Shown here in pieces: positions 31,336-40,583 of a stretch of DNA of 64,000 nucleotides. This DNA comes from Bacilli bacterium (GTDB lineage Bacteria; Bacillota_I; Bacilli_A; RF39; UBA660): positions 202 through 64,201 of the forward strand of contig JAUVZX010000004.1 of assembly GCA_030602345.1 (NCBI GenBank). The letters are read 5' to 3'. The notes under the pieces are model-generated. The model had not been told where the DNA came from, searched no databases, and worked only from the letters and a program-made list of their open reading frames with translations. The translations under genes and the position numbers were made by a program. Positions within the stretch are counted from its first letter, which is position 1, and each line of letters starts with the position of its first letter.

Positions 31336-32679
31336 ATGTTCTAAAAGGCTTAAAAACTCAGTTTTAATGTTGTCCAAACGCTCATAAGTCGTTCCTTCGA
31401 ATCTAAGCGTTAAATCAGGTCCTGTATTTGATGCGCGTATAAGTGCAAAACCATCATTAAAAATAACCTTAACCCCATCTATATCAATGTGAGTATAATT
31501 TTTTTCTTCCGCATATTTTTTAACTAAGTCAATTATTTTAAATTTAGTTTCTTCAGTCACTTTAATTTTAATCTCGTTAGTTGAATGATATTCATTAATT
31601 CCTTCTAGCATATCTGATATAGTTAAATTATTATGACTCATAATTTCAATCATTCTTAGCATTGCATAAATACCATCATCGAATCCTTCGAATTTATCGT
31701 TGAAGAAAATGTGACCAGAAAGTTCTCCCGCAAATGAAAGATTGTCTTTAACAACGGCTGCTCTTAGAAAAGAATTTCCAGTTCTAGATAAAACAGGAGT
31801 TCCTCCTAGTTTTATAATTTCATCTTCTAAAGCTTTAGAACATTTGACATCATAAACAATATTTTTGTTTCTAAACTTATTCATTAAATTTCTTAAAAAG
31901 ATAATCATTATTTTATCAACAGGGATAAATTTACCTTTTTCATCGATTAAACCAATTCTATCGGCATCTCCATCAAAAGCAAATCCAGCATCAGCATTAT
32001 TTTTGATGACTTCTTGTTTTAAAACATCTAAATTTTCTTCTACGCTTGGATCTGGATGATGATTTGGGAATGCCGGATCATTTTCAGAAAAAATTGATAC
32101 GTGTGGCATATTTAACCTTTTCATAACATCATTAATTACTAATGAGCCACTGGCATTACCGACATCTACAACTACCTTAACTTTTCTGTCTCCAAAATTT
32201 AAGTAAGAAAATAGGAAATCTATATATCTAGTTTTTATATGTTCATCTCTTATTTTACCCTTGCCATTTTTAAAGACACCAGCTTTAGCAAAGTTTTTGA
32301 AATTTTGAATGTCTTCTCCATAAGCATTGTATTTTCCATTAAAAGTCATCTTAAAACCATTATATTCTTTTGGATTATGTGATGCTGTTATCATTATACC
32401 GGCAGTTGCTTTAAAAAGAAAAAGCGCATAGTAATACATTGGTGTAGTAACTTCACCAATATTAATTATATCTATTCCGGATTCTAGAAGACCATTTGAC
32501 AGTTGTTCAAAAAGTGGTTTAGAACTAAATCTCGTGTCATATCCAACTACAACACTAAATTTGCCTTCTTCTAACATTTTGCTACCAAAAGCTCTACCAA
32601 TTACATAAGCATCATTATCAGTTAAGTCTTCTTGATAAATTCCTCTAATATCATATGCTCTAAAAATCGTGTCTTTCAT
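31318..32679 (-). CDS. phosphomannomutase/phosphoglucomutase family enzyme
   Basis: 453 aa. IFRAYDIRGIY, active-site GIMITASHNPKEYNGFK, FDGDADRIG metal loop. Confidence 0.85.
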   Translation of the reverse strand: MKDTIFRAYDIRGIYQEDLTDNDAYVIGRAFGSKMLEEGKFSVVVGYDTRFSSKPLFEQLSNGLLESGIDIINIGEVTTPMYYYALFLFKATAGIMITASHNPKEYNGFKMTFNGKYNAYGEDIQNFKNFAKAGVFKNGKGKIRDEHIKTRYIDFLFSYLNFGDRKVKVVVDVGNASGSLVINDVMKRLNMPHVSIFSENDPAFPNHHPDPSVEENLDVLKQEVIKNNADAGFAFDGDADRIGLIDEKGKFIPVDKIMIIFLRNLMNKFRNKNIVYDVKCSKALEDEIIKLGGTPVLSRTGNSFLRAAVVKDNLSFAGELSGHIFFNDKFEGFDDGIYAMLRMIEIMSHNNLTISDMLEGINEYHSTNEIKIKVTEETKFKIIDLVKKYAEEKNYTHIDIDGVKVIFNDGFALIRASNTGPDLTLRFEGTTYERLDNIKTEFLSLLEHIKTLI

Positions 32680-32726
32680 ATTATCACCTATTATAATGAT
32701 AACAAAAAAAATAAGATTTATATATC

Positions 32727-33173
32727 TTATTTAATTTTTTTAGTGTTATCACTGTCAAGTATTTTAATTAAGTTGTCTGAGAAAAAAGCTGCTGTTTCTA
32801 TTTCTTCAACTATTAGTTTATAGTTACTTTGTAACTCGCTTAATAAACTTATATCTGAATTTACTATCCCTTTAGAAATTTCTGCAATATATAAACTGTT
32901 AATTTTTTGCTCTTTTTCTTTAAGAGAACGAATATGATTAGAGATATGTTTAAGTTGGGAGATTATTTTTTCATCTAAACTATATTCTTTTTGAACTACA
33001 ACAAATGTTTCTCTAGAAAGAATATAACCCTTTTTAATTGGCCAACCACAAGCAACACCCAAATCTATTTCTTCACCAGTTATAGGATCTTTTGAGTATT
33101 GATGAATTAAAAACCAACCTTTTTTCAAGTCACTTTGTATAGCTTTAATACTTGTTATATTTAACTTATCCAT
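32727..33173 (-). CDS. hypothetical protein
   Basis: Start trimmed to MDKLNITS (AAAGGAG RBS 8 nt upstream). Confidence 0.45.
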   Translation of the reverse strand: MDKLNITSIKAIQSDLKKGWFLIHQYSKDPITGEEIDLGVACGWPIKKGYILSRETFVVVQKEYSLDEKIISQLKHISNHIRSLKEKEQKINSLYIAEISKGIVNSDISLLSELQSNYKLIVEEIETAAFFSDNLIKILDSDNTKKIK

Positions 33174-33263
33174 GGAATCAACTCCTTTGGCTATGTATTC
33201 TAACACAAAATATTTTGAAAATCAAATCAGATATAGTATAATTAAAATAGAGAAGGATGATTT

Positions 33264-33686
33264 ATGGTTTATTTTTGGTTTATTATATTAATGATACTTA
33301 TATCAATTGAGTTTGCAACAAAGAAAATAGTTGCAATCTGGTTTATAGTGAGCGCTGCATTTACATTTATCTTGTCTTTTTTCACTGATGATTTTACTAT
33401 ATTATTTAGTTTTTTTGCAATTGGAGGATACATTATGTATGTTCTAACAAAAGAAATAGTTTTTAGAAGACTAGAAGAGTATAACGGAGTAGATGAGGTT
33501 ATAGATAGAATAATAGGCAAGACTGCTATCGTGAATGAAAAAATAGAGCCTAATCGTCCTGGTCAAGTGAGTATCGATGGTAAAATTTGGAAAGCTACAG
33601 CTGACGAAACGTTACCAATAAGTGAATTAGTAACGGTAATAGCAATTGATGATAACATTCTAACAGTAACTAAATGGAAAAAATAA
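33264..33686 (+). CDS. NfeD-family membrane protein (orphan copy)
   Basis: 140 aa. TM helices plus GKTAIVNEKIEPNRPGQVSIDGKIWKA OB-like tail. Confidence 0.75.
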   Translation: MVYFWFIILMILISIEFATKKIVAIWFIVSAAFTFILSFFTDDFTILFSFFAIGGYIMYVLTKEIVFRRLEEYNGVDEVIDRIIGKTAIVNEKIEPNRPGQVSIDGKIWKATADETLPISELVTVIAIDDNILTVTKWKK

Positions 33687-33737
33687 TTGACTAAGTCAAT
33701 TATTTTTTGTATTATTAATTTGTAAATAATTAATGAA

Positions 33738-33861
33738 CCTTATTAAGAGTGGTGGAGAGAATTGGCTCTATGAAACCCAGCAACCTATTAAATTAGGTGC
33801 TAATTCCAACGGGAAACCGAAAGATAAGCTTGAACAAGACAGGTTTATCCTGTCTTTTTTT
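33738..33861 (+). promoter_or_regulatory. SAM-I (S-box) riboswitch with terminator expression platform
   Basis: CTTATTAAGAGTGGTGGAGAGAATTGGCTCTATGAAACCCAGCAACC...GGTGCTAATTCC...AGATAAG. P1 pairs CTTAT/ATAAG. Terminator AGACAGG-TTTAT-CCTGTCT plus T-run at 33837-33861. Lies directly upstream of metK. Confidence 0.9.
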
Positions 33862-33885
33862 AATAAGGTTATAGAAGGAGGAAAC

Positions 33886-35034
33886 ATGAAATATTTATTT
33901 ACGTCAGAATCTGTAACCGAAGGACATCCAGATAAGGTGTGTGATCAAATAAGTGATGCTATATTAGATGCTTACTTAGAAAAGGATGAAAAATCACATG
34001 TTGCTATTGAAACTCTAGCAACTGAAAACTTTGTTTTAGTAACGGGAGAAGTTAAAACAAGTGCAAAAATTGATATTGAATCAATTGTAAGAAAAGTTAT
34101 TTTAGATATAGGGTATGATAAAGATGAGTATGGTTTTAATGGTAATACTTGCGAAGTTGTCATCAAAATTAAAGAACAATCACCTGATATTGACATGGGA
34201 GTTTCACAAGAAAATGGAATCATTGGAGCAGGAGACCAAGGTATAATGTTTGGTTTTGCATGTAATGAGACAAACAACTATATGCCATATCCTATTTATT
34301 TTGCCCATTTATTAGTAAAAAAACTAGATGAAGTTAGAAAGAGTAAAATAATACCTTATCTAAGACCAGATGGAAAGAGCCAAGTGACTATCAATTATGA
34401 TGATAAACCGTATATTGATACTATTTTAATTTCAAATCAACATGATGATATTAGTCTAGAAATTTTAAAAGAAGATATTATAGAAAAAGTAATTTTACAA
34501 ATACCTGAGATAGCAAAAATGATGACGCCTGAGACAAAGATTTTAATAAATCCTACAGGAAGATTTATCATTGGCGGACCTAAAGGTGATAGTGGATTAA
34601 CGGGGCGAAAAATAATAGTTGATACTTATGGAGGTTATTCTAGACATGGAGGCGGTGCATTCAGTGGTAAAGATGCCACTAAGGTTGATAGAAGTGCAGC
34701 TTATATGGCGAGATATATAGCGAAAAATCTAGTTGCTGCTAAAGTAGCAGATAAATTAGAAATCCAGTTATCCTATGCGATAGGAATGGAAAATCCTATT
34801 TCTATAAATATTGAAACATTTGGAACTGAAAAATATGAAAAAAGTATTATCCAATCTTTAGTAATAGATCTTTTTGATTTGAAACCAAGATCTATAAGAA
34901 GTCACTTAGAGCTGACAAAACCAATATATAATAAATTAGCAAGATATGGTCATATTGGTCGTGAAGATTTAGAACTCAATTTTGAAAAACTTGATAAAGT
35001 TAATGAAATAGTAGAATATTTATCAAAAAAATGA
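33886..35034 (+). CDS. metK: S-adenosylmethionine synthetase
   Basis: Start at [24 protein letters not shown] (GGAGGA RBS). [21 protein letters not shown] motifs. The ORF-track start 33733 would read through the riboswitch. Confidence 0.95.
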   Translation: MKYLFTSESVTEGHPDKVCDQISDAILDAYLEKDEKSHVAIETLATENFVLVTGEVKTSAKIDIESIVRKVILDIGYDKDEYGFNGNTCEVVIKIKEQSPDIDMGVSQENGIIGAGDQGIMFGFACNETNNYMPYPIYFAHLLVKKLDEVRKSKIIPYLRPDGKSQVTINYDDKPYIDTILISNQHDDISLEILKEDIIEKVILQIPEIAKMMTPETKILINPTGRFIIGGPKGDSGLTGRKIIVDTYGGYSRHGGGAFSGKDATKVDRSAAYMARYIAKNLVAAKVADKLEIQLSYAIGMENPISINIETFGTEKYEKSIIQSLVIDLFDLKPRSIRSHLELTKPIYNKLARYGHIGREDLELNFEKLDKVNEIVEYLSKK

Positions 35035-35097
35035 AGAAATAATTGAAAATGTGTAAAACTTTGATATAATGGTAATGAAGATAAAAAAGGAGGACAC

Positions 35098-36072
35098 ATG
35101 TTAAATATAAATGTAATGGATGAAAGAGGTTTCTCATTTCAAATTGATTTAGTAAGATTTTTCAGAGCTAATGAATCTAACTATTTAATGTATACATTGA
35201 ACGAAGTAGATGAAAATGGATATGTTAAACTTTATGCTGCAAAAATGATTGATGAAGGATCATTTGCAAGAATAGAGGAAGAAAATGAGTGGACACTTGT
35301 TAAAGATTTAATTAAATCAATCGTAAGAGAAGCAAAAGAAGGAACAGTTTTAGTAGTTCAAGATTTAAATGAAAAAAGATTAGAGGGAATTAGAGTTCTT
35401 TCTACAAGAGCATTTAAATTAAATAATGAAGTAAAAGAAGCTTTAGGAATGAATAGACCTGTATTCGAAGAAGAAATGCCAGTGTTAGAAGAAACAAAAG
35501 AAGAACCAGCATTTGAACCAGAAATGCCAACTTTAGAAGAACCTATGGTTGAAACTGCTGAGCCAGCTTTAGAAGAAATGGATGAAGATTCACTTCTAGA
35601 AGTTACGAAAGTTCATCGTTTTAAATTTAGTGATACTGAAGAAGAAAATCAAGAAGAAGCAAAAGAGGAAGAACCAAACTACTTAGAAGAACCAAAAGAA
35701 GAAGAACTTGAAAAAGAAATGACTATGGTTATGAATCAAATAGAATCAGAACCTGAGTTAGAAGAAGCTTCTTTAGAAGGATTCAAAGCATTATTTGGTG
35801 ATAATACATTTAGTTTTGATCTGCCAAAAGAACCTGAAGTTACAGAACCTCAACAAGTTAGTTCTTTAGATGAATTATTAGGAACACCTACATATTCATA
35901 TGAAAACGAAGAACCAATGGTTGAAACTACAGAAGAAGTAGCAGAACCTGCTGAAGTTAAAGTTGAAGAAAACGCTAAGCAACTTGAATTAGAAGCAAGA
36001 TTAGAAGAATTAGCATCTAAGGTTAAAAATTACGAAGAAGTTATTTCTAAATTAAAAGATATTTTAAATTAA
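35098..36072 (+). CDS. DUF1292-like N-terminal domain protein with long acidic E/P-rich tail
   Basis: 324 aa. N-terminus ..FQIDLVRFF..NYLMYTL..YVKLYAAKM..EEENEWTLV resembles the YrzB/DUF1292 pattern. The remainder is E-rich low complexity. Confidence 0.45.
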   Translation: MLNINVMDERGFSFQIDLVRFFRANESNYLMYTLNEVDENGYVKLYAAKMIDEGSFARIEEENEWTLVKDLIKSIVREAKEGTVLVVQDLNEKRLEGIRVLSTRAFKLNNEVKEALGMNRPVFEEEMPVLEETKEEPAFEPEMPTLEEPMVETAEPALEEMDEDSLLEVTKVHRFKFSDTEEENQEEAKEEEPNYLEEPKEEELEKEMTMVMNQIESEPELEEASLEGFKALFGDNTFSFDLPKEPEVTEPQQVSSLDELLGTPTYSYENEEPMVETTEEVAEPAEVKVEENAKQLELEARLEELASKVKNYEEVISKLKDILN

Positions 36073-36077
36073 AAACA

Positions 36078-36108
36078 AAAAAACATTGATTATTTCAATG
36101 TTTTTTTA
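36078..36108. terminator. bidirectional terminator
   Basis: AAACATTGA-TTATT-TCAATGTTT with flanking A and T runs, between convergent genes. Confidence 0.65.
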
Positions 36109-36118
36109 TGTCTTAAAT

Positions 36119-36610
36119 TTATTTATGAGCTATTCTACTAACTGCTGCAGCTATTATTGCTGAAACAATATCATCTAAGTAAGTAGAGCAACCATTTTTA
36201 TGTTTTCCTAATTGATCTATGCGTCCAATTAAACCTGGTTTTAGCTTGTCTAGATACCCAAAGTTAGTTAAAGCTATAGAACCATATATATTTACTATAC
36301 TAAGTGCTAATATCTCGTCTAAACCATATAGTGGTTCATCTTTTTTAATTATCTCAGATATTTCTTCGTCTAAAAGTCCTTTTTCAACCGCATTATCAAT
36401 TGCAATTCCTGTTAAAACAGCATGAATTACTTCTCTTTTACCCATTACATTTTCAATTGCATCTTGGCATACTTCTAAAGATAAGCTAGGATTATACTTT
36501 AATTGTAATTCTAGTACCATTTCAGCCATTTCTTTGATGGTTACGCCTTTTTCCTCTAGTTTTTTAACTGCTATTTGCTTTAAGTCCATTTTAAAATTCT
36601 CCTTCTTCAA
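36119..36610 (-). CDS. PgpA/YutG-like phosphatidylglycerophosphatase A family protein
   Basis: 163 aa. DEPLYGLDEILALSIVNIYGSIALTNFGYLDKLKPGLIG. Sits next to a NifU-like gene, as yutG/yutI do in Bacillus. Recognised from memory only. Confidence 0.5.
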   Translation of the reverse strand: MKKENFKMDLKQIAVKKLEEKGVTIKEMAEMVLELQLKYNPSLSLEVCQDAIENVMGKREVIHAVLTGIAIDNAVEKGLLDEEISEIIKKDEPLYGLDEILALSIVNIYGSIALTNFGYLDKLKPGLIGRIDQLGKHKNGCSTYLDDIVSAIIAAAVSRIAHK

Positions 36611-36830
36611 TTGCTATGACTGCTTTAATTTCAGGTATTTCTTCCATTAAAGCTACTTCAATTCCATCTTTTAAAGTACTGTCCAGTAAAAAACATCCAG
36701 CGCAAGCACCAAGCATTTTTATATATACTATATTATCTTCATATTTAATAAATTCAAGATCTCCTCCATCACTTATTAAAAATGGTCTTAATAAATCTAA
36801 TATGTCTTTTATTTTTTGAATTGTCTCCAT
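36591..36830 (-). CDS. NifU-like (Nfu/YutI) Fe-S cluster scaffold domain protein
   Basis: LRPFLISDGGDLEFIKYEDNIVYIKMLGACAGC. Start probably METIQK (AGGTGA RBS); alternative starts up to 36839. Confidence 0.8.
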   Translation of the reverse strand: METIQKIKDILDLLRPFLISDGGDLEFIKYEDNIVYIKMLGACAGCFLLDSTLKDGIEVALMEEIPEIKAVIAIEEGEF

Positions 36831-36916
36831 TCTCATCACCTAATAAAAGTATACATTATTTTTTTTAAACTATCAAATACAAAAATAAATATGTTATAAT
36901 AATAAAAGAGGTATTT

Positions 36917-37264
36917 ATGACAAGACACAAAGTAGGAAAAATAATAAAAGTCACAGTAACTGGCGTTGAAAAATACGGCATTTTTGTTGCATGTGATGAA
37001 TATTATGATGGTTTAATTCATATTTCAGAAATTTCTCATGGTTTTGTAAGAGATCCATTAGATTTTGTTTCTATTGGTGAAGAAATAAATGCTGAAATAA
37101 TGGAAATTGATGATAATAGTAATAAATTAAAACTAAGTATTAAGAATGTAAATTATAAGAAAAAAGTGCGAAAAAAGATCAAAATTCGTGAAACAAGTCA
37201 AGGTTTTTTAACTTTAAAACAAATGCTTCCAGAGTGGATCGCAAAAAGTGTAAAAAAAGAATAA
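36917..37264 (+). CDS. S1 RNA-binding domain protein (YugI/GSP13-like)
   Basis: KVGKIIKVTVTGVEKYGIFVACDEYYDGLIHISEISHGFV..KLKLSIK. Confidence 0.8.
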   Translation: MTRHKVGKIIKVTVTGVEKYGIFVACDEYYDGLIHISEISHGFVRDPLDFVSIGEEINAEIMEIDDNSNKLKLSIKNVNYKKKVRKKIKIRETSQGFLTLKQMLPEWIAKSVKKE

Positions 37265-37270
37265 ATAAAC

Positions 37271-37300
37271 TTGACAAAAGGACGAGATAAATGTTATATT
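37271..37300 (+). promoter_or_regulatory. candidate promoter of the tRNA operon
   Basis: TTGACA 37271-37276; TG-extended TTATAT/TATATT at 37292-37300. Confidence 0.5.
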
Positions 37301-37322
37301 TAATATCGTCTAGAGACATTTC

Positions 37323-37399
37323 GGGCGATTAGCTCAGTTGGTTAGAGCACCTGCCTTACAAGCAGGGGGTCATAGGTTCGAGTCCTATATCGCCCACCA
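37323..37399 (+). tRNA. tRNA-Val(TAC)
   Basis: Cloverleaf by eye: acceptor GGGCGAT/ATCGCCC, anticodon loop CTTACAA, T-loop TTCGAGT, encoded CCA. Confidence 0.92.
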
Positions 37400-37403
37400 T
37401 AAT

Positions 37404-37479
<76 letters not shown>

Positions 37480-37484
37480 TCTAT

Positions 37485-37568
37485 GGAGGGATAGCGAAGT
37501 GGCTAAACGCGGCTGACTGTAAATCAGCTCCTTAGGGTTCAGTGGTTCGAATCCACTTCCCTCCACCA
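37485..37568 (+). tRNA. tRNA-Tyr(GTA)
   Basis: Acceptor GGAGGGA/TCCCTCC, anticodon loop CTGTAAA, long variable arm, encoded CCA. Confidence 0.9.
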
Positions 37569-37575
37569 CGTTTGT

Positions 37576-37652
37576 TGCCTCGTAGCCAAGTTGGTAAGGC
37601 ACCACACTTTGACTGTGGCATTTCGCTAGTTCGAGTCTAGCCGAGGCAGCCA
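37576..37652 (+). tRNA. tRNA-Gln(TTG)
   Basis: Acceptor TGCCTCG/CGAGGCA, anticodon stem CCACA/TGTGG, loop CTTTGAC, encoded CCA. Confidence 0.88.
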
Positions 37653-37666
37653 ATTTATTAATATAT

Positions 37667-37742
37667 GTCCTGTTAGCTCAGCCGGTAGAGCATTTGACTT
37701 TTAATCAAAGGGTCACAAGTTCGAATCTTGTACAGGACACCA
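37667..37742 (+). tRNA. tRNA-Lys(TTT)
   Basis: Acceptor GTCCTGT/ACAGGAC, anticodon loop CTTTTAA, encoded CCA. Confidence 0.92.
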
Positions 37743-37750
37743 TAATTATT

Positions 37751-37839
37751 GCCTGAGTGGCGGAATAGGTAGACGCACAGGACTTAAAATCCTGCGAGGT
37801 TAGTTCTTCATGCCGGTTCAAGTCCGGCCTTAGGCACCA
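37751..37839 (+). tRNA. tRNA-Leu(TAA)
   Basis: Acceptor GCCTGAG/CTTAGGC, anticodon loop CTTAAAA, long variable arm, encoded CCA. Confidence 0.9.
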
Positions 37840-37847
37840 CTTTTTTT

Positions 37848-37938
37848 GGAGAAATACCCAAGTCTGGTTGAAGGGACCGGTCTTGAAAACCGGGAGGTCG
37901 GCAACGGCGCGGGGGTTCGAATCCCTCTTTCTCCGCCA
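37848..37938 (+). tRNA. tRNA-Ser(TGA)
   Basis: Acceptor GGAGAAA/TTTCTCC, anticodon loop CTTGAAA, long variable arm, encoded CCA. Confidence 0.9.
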
Positions 37939-37949
37939 TTAATTTATAT

Positions 37950-38026
<77 letters not shown>

Positions 38027-38030
38027 TTAA

Positions 38031-38106
38031 GGTCCCGTGGTGTAGCGGTTAACATGTCTGCCTGTCACGCAGAAGATCGCCGGTTCGATCCCGGTCGGGA
38101 CCGCCA
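38031..38106 (+). tRNA. tRNA-Asp(GTC)
   Basis: Acceptor GGTCCCG/CGGGACC, anticodon loop CTGTCAC, encoded CCA. Confidence 0.92.
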
Positions 38107-38109
38107 TTT

Positions 38110-38185
38110 GGCTTCGTAGCTCAGTCGGTAGAGCAAAGGACTGAAAATCCTTGTGTCGTTGGTTCGATTCCAACCGAAGCCACCA
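38110..38185 (+). tRNA. tRNA-Phe(GAA)
   Basis: Acceptor GGCTTCG/CGAAGCC, anticodon loop CTGAAAA, encoded CCA. Confidence 0.92.
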
Positions 38186-38214
38186 TTTAAGAATTATTAA
38201 AGGCGGAAAACATT

Positions 38215-38291
38215 GCGCTCGTAGCTCAATTGGATAGAGCGTTTGACTACGGATCAAAAGGTTATGGGTTCAAATCCTTTCGGGCGCGCCA
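38215..38291 (+). tRNA. tRNA-Arg(ACG)
   Basis: Acceptor GCGCTCG/CGGGCGC, anticodon loop CTACGGA, encoded CCA. Confidence 0.9.
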
Positions 38292-38295
38292 TATT

Positions 38296-38372
38296 CGGGA
38301 AATAGCTCAATTTGGCAGAGCACTTGGTTTGGGACCAAGGGGTTGCAGGTTCAAATCCTGTTTTCCCGACCA
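38296..38372 (+). tRNA. tRNA-Pro(TGG)
   Basis: Acceptor CGGGAAA/TTTCCCG, anticodon loop TTTGGGA, encoded CCA. Confidence 0.9.
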
Positions 38373-38383
38373 TTTTAAAAATA

Positions 38384-38410
38384 GACCATTCAATGAATGG
38401 TTTTTTTCTT
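38384..38410 (+). terminator. terminator of the tRNA operon
   Basis: ACCATTC-AAT-GAATGGT followed by a T-run. Confidence 0.7.
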
Positions 38411-38598
38411 TGTAAGAAATTAGAGTTGTTGTTATGAACAAATTAAGTTTAATAGAAATAACCAAAATCATCGCTAAAAAAGCAAATGAAGTGTTTGAAG
38501 AAAACATTATAATATAGAATATTAGTGGTAATTATCTGTTTTTATAAAATTGCATATTTTTAGAATCATGTTATAATAATATCTTAAGGAGAAATATT

Positions 38599-39150
38599 AT
38601 GGAAAAAGAATTTGCAGAAAAAATAGTTCAACATAAAGATGTTGATTATAGAATAGAATTAGCATGGAGACTCGTTATTGATGCTTACGATGAATATTTA
38701 GGTTCAATCGAAATGTCACACTTGGAGTCTTTAGGACATTATACAGTTAAAGGTTATAATGGAGATCCAAAAGTAGTTGATTTTTCATGGGTAGATAAAG
38801 AAGATAAAATTCTTGCTCAATTAAAAGATACAACAGAAAAAGTTATAATTAATTTGCAACATTTAAATTTCACTTATTTTTATGGTAGTTATAGTGATAC
38901 TCGTGAGTGCATTGTTAATGTTAATTTGAAAGATTCTGATTTTACTAGATTGAGTTATTTAAGAGCGTTCTTAAGCGATAATAAAGATTCATTTGGAGTT
39001 ATTAACTTTATTGGAGTACAAAGTAAGGTAGTTCAAAAATATTGTTCTATGATGTGTTCTTTTTATGGCGTTAAATGTTCATTTGATCCAGTATTAAAAG
39101 ATTATTCTTTAGAGGAAAAGACTGAAGAAGTTTTTCAAAAACAAATATAA
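38599..39150 (+). CDS. hypothetical protein
   Basis: 183 aa; AAGGAG RBS; no motif recognised. Confidence 0.45.
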   Translation: MEKEFAEKIVQHKDVDYRIELAWRLVIDAYDEYLGSIEMSHLESLGHYTVKGYNGDPKVVDFSWVDKEDKILAQLKDTTEKVIINLQHLNFTYFYGSYSDTRECIVNVNLKDSDFTRLSYLRAFLSDNKDSFGVINFIGVQSKVVQKYCSMMCSFYGVKCSFDPVLKDYSLEEKTEEVFQKQI

Positions 39151-39153
39151 ATA

Positions 39154-39182
39154 AAAATCATTCAATTGAATGATTTTTTTGT
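39154..39182 (+). terminator. rho-independent terminator
   Basis: Palindrome AAAATCATTCAATTGAATGATTTT plus T-run. Confidence 0.7.
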
Positions 39183-39288
39183 TTAAACAAAACTCTTTCT
39201 ACTAATAATATGATAAAATATAATTAAGAAAGTATTTTGTTAAAAAATTTATAGGGTAAATCATTATGATTTTAAAGGAACAAATAAA

Positions 39289-40125
39289 ATGATAAAAGAA
39301 ATTTTAAAAAAATATTTAAATGATTCGAAAATTACAGAGCTTTTTGATGAACTTTTGATTAAACAAAGAGTAAATATTTTGACTGAGGATGTATTTATAA
39401 AAATAGGAACAAATGACAAAGAAGAATTTTTCGACAATTTAGTCAAAGAAATAAAACTTTATGAAAAAAATCAAAAAAATTCAAGTTTTCCGGAAATGTT
39501 AGAGTTCTATTATGATAATGATAGATGTATAATTGTTCTAAAGAGAATAGGTGGAAGAACTTTAGGGAAAAGCCGAAATGAATTTACTATCGAAATGAGT
39601 AAAGAGGAAAGAGAAACTATAATCAAAGACATTTTAAAAATTAAGGCAATTTCTATTGATTCTGATAATGAAAAAAATTACGATAGATTTGATCAATTTA
39701 ATAAATATTTCGAAAGAGCTAAAGAGCATTTGACAGCTTTAAATATTACTTTTCTAACTAAAATAAAAGATGAATTTTATGATAAGAAGGAAAATAGAGT
39801 ATTATCTCACGGTGATTTAATTGCTCCTAATATAATGATTGAAGAAGGAAAGGTTAAATTTATAGATTGGGAGTTTATAGGTTATAGAACAAAAACATAC
39901 GATATAGCTTATTTTCTATTATTTAGTACGGAAGAAAATTGTTTTGAATATGAAGAAAAAATAGAGGGAATCGATAAAAAGGAATTATTTAAAGACGGGA
40001 TTGTAATATGCTTAAAAGAAATACAAAATTGGAATAAATTATTCGGGGAAGTAGATGATAAAATCGTTAATAAAAAAATAAATAGATGGAAAAAAGAGTT
40101 GGATTTATTAATAAATGGTTACTAA
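39289..40125 (+). CDS. APH/choline-kinase family phosphotransferase
   Basis: VLSHGDLIAPNIMIEEGKVKFIDWEF (HxDxxxxN ... DWE catalytic pattern). Confidence 0.7.
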   Translation: MIKEILKKYLNDSKITELFDELLIKQRVNILTEDVFIKIGTNDKEEFFDNLVKEIKLYEKNQKNSSFPEMLEFYYDNDRCIIVLKRIGGRTLGKSRNEFTIEMSKEERETIIKDILKIKAISIDSDNEKNYDRFDQFNKYFERAKEHLTALNITFLTKIKDEFYDKKENRVLSHGDLIAPNIMIEEGKVKFIDWEFIGYRTKTYDIAYFLLFSTEENCFEYEEKIEGIDKKELFKDGIVICLKEIQNWNKLFGEVDDKIVNKKINRWKKELDLLINGY

Positions 40126-40163
40126 AAAACTATAATCAAAACAAAAAAGAGACACATTAAATA

Positions 40164-40190
40164 GAAAGAGTTTTTGAAACTCTTTTTTTG
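40164..40190 (+). terminator. rho-independent terminator
   Basis: AAAGAGTTT-TTG-AAACTCTTT plus T-run. Confidence 0.65.
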
Positions 40191-40231
40191 TTTAAATTTA
40201 TAACGTATATAATGAATAGTAAAGCCTTTAA

Positions 40232-40260
40232 TTGACTATTAGTCAATAAAATACTATAAT
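40232..40260 (+). promoter_or_regulatory. sigma-A type promoter of gatCAB, with a palindrome over the -35
   Basis: TTGACT 40232-40237, 17-nt spacer, TATAAT 40255-40260. TTGACTA-T-TAGTCAA is a perfect 15-nt palindrome at 40232-40246. Confidence 0.65.
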
Positions 40261-40295
40261 TAATCATATTGAGTAGTAATAAATAAGGAGGATAT

Positions 40296-40583
40296 ATGGA
40301 TAAAAATAAATTGAAAGAATATGCTAATAAATTGATGTTTGATATGGATGAAGAAGAGTATGAAACTTTGAGTCAAGAGTTTGCTATTATATTGAAGCAG
40401 ATGGAGTTAATTGATGGTATAGAAGGTCTTTCTTTAGTTGAACCCATGACTTTTCCTTATTTAAAAGAAAATATTACTTTAAGGGATGATGAAGTTCAAT
40501 CAATTTTAGATGTTTCAGATGTTCTTAAAAATAGTAAATCAGTTGAAGATAATAGAGTTAAGGTTCCAAAGGTGGTAGAATGA
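40296..40583 (+). CDS. gatC: Asp/Glu-tRNA amidotransferase subunit C
   Basis: 95 aa; precedes gatA with an ATGA overlap; typical ..LSLVEPMTFP.. pattern. Confidence 0.85.
   Translation: MDKNKLKEYANKLMFDMDEEEYETLSQEFAIILKQMELIDGIEGLSLVEPMTFPYLKENITLRDDEVQSILDVSDVLKNSKSVEDNRVKVPKVVE

Noticed and set aside
33733-33885. ORF-track N-terminal extension of metK ([17 protein letters not shown]...).
   Set aside because: This stretch is the SAM-I riboswitch aptamer and its terminator. metK starts at 33886.
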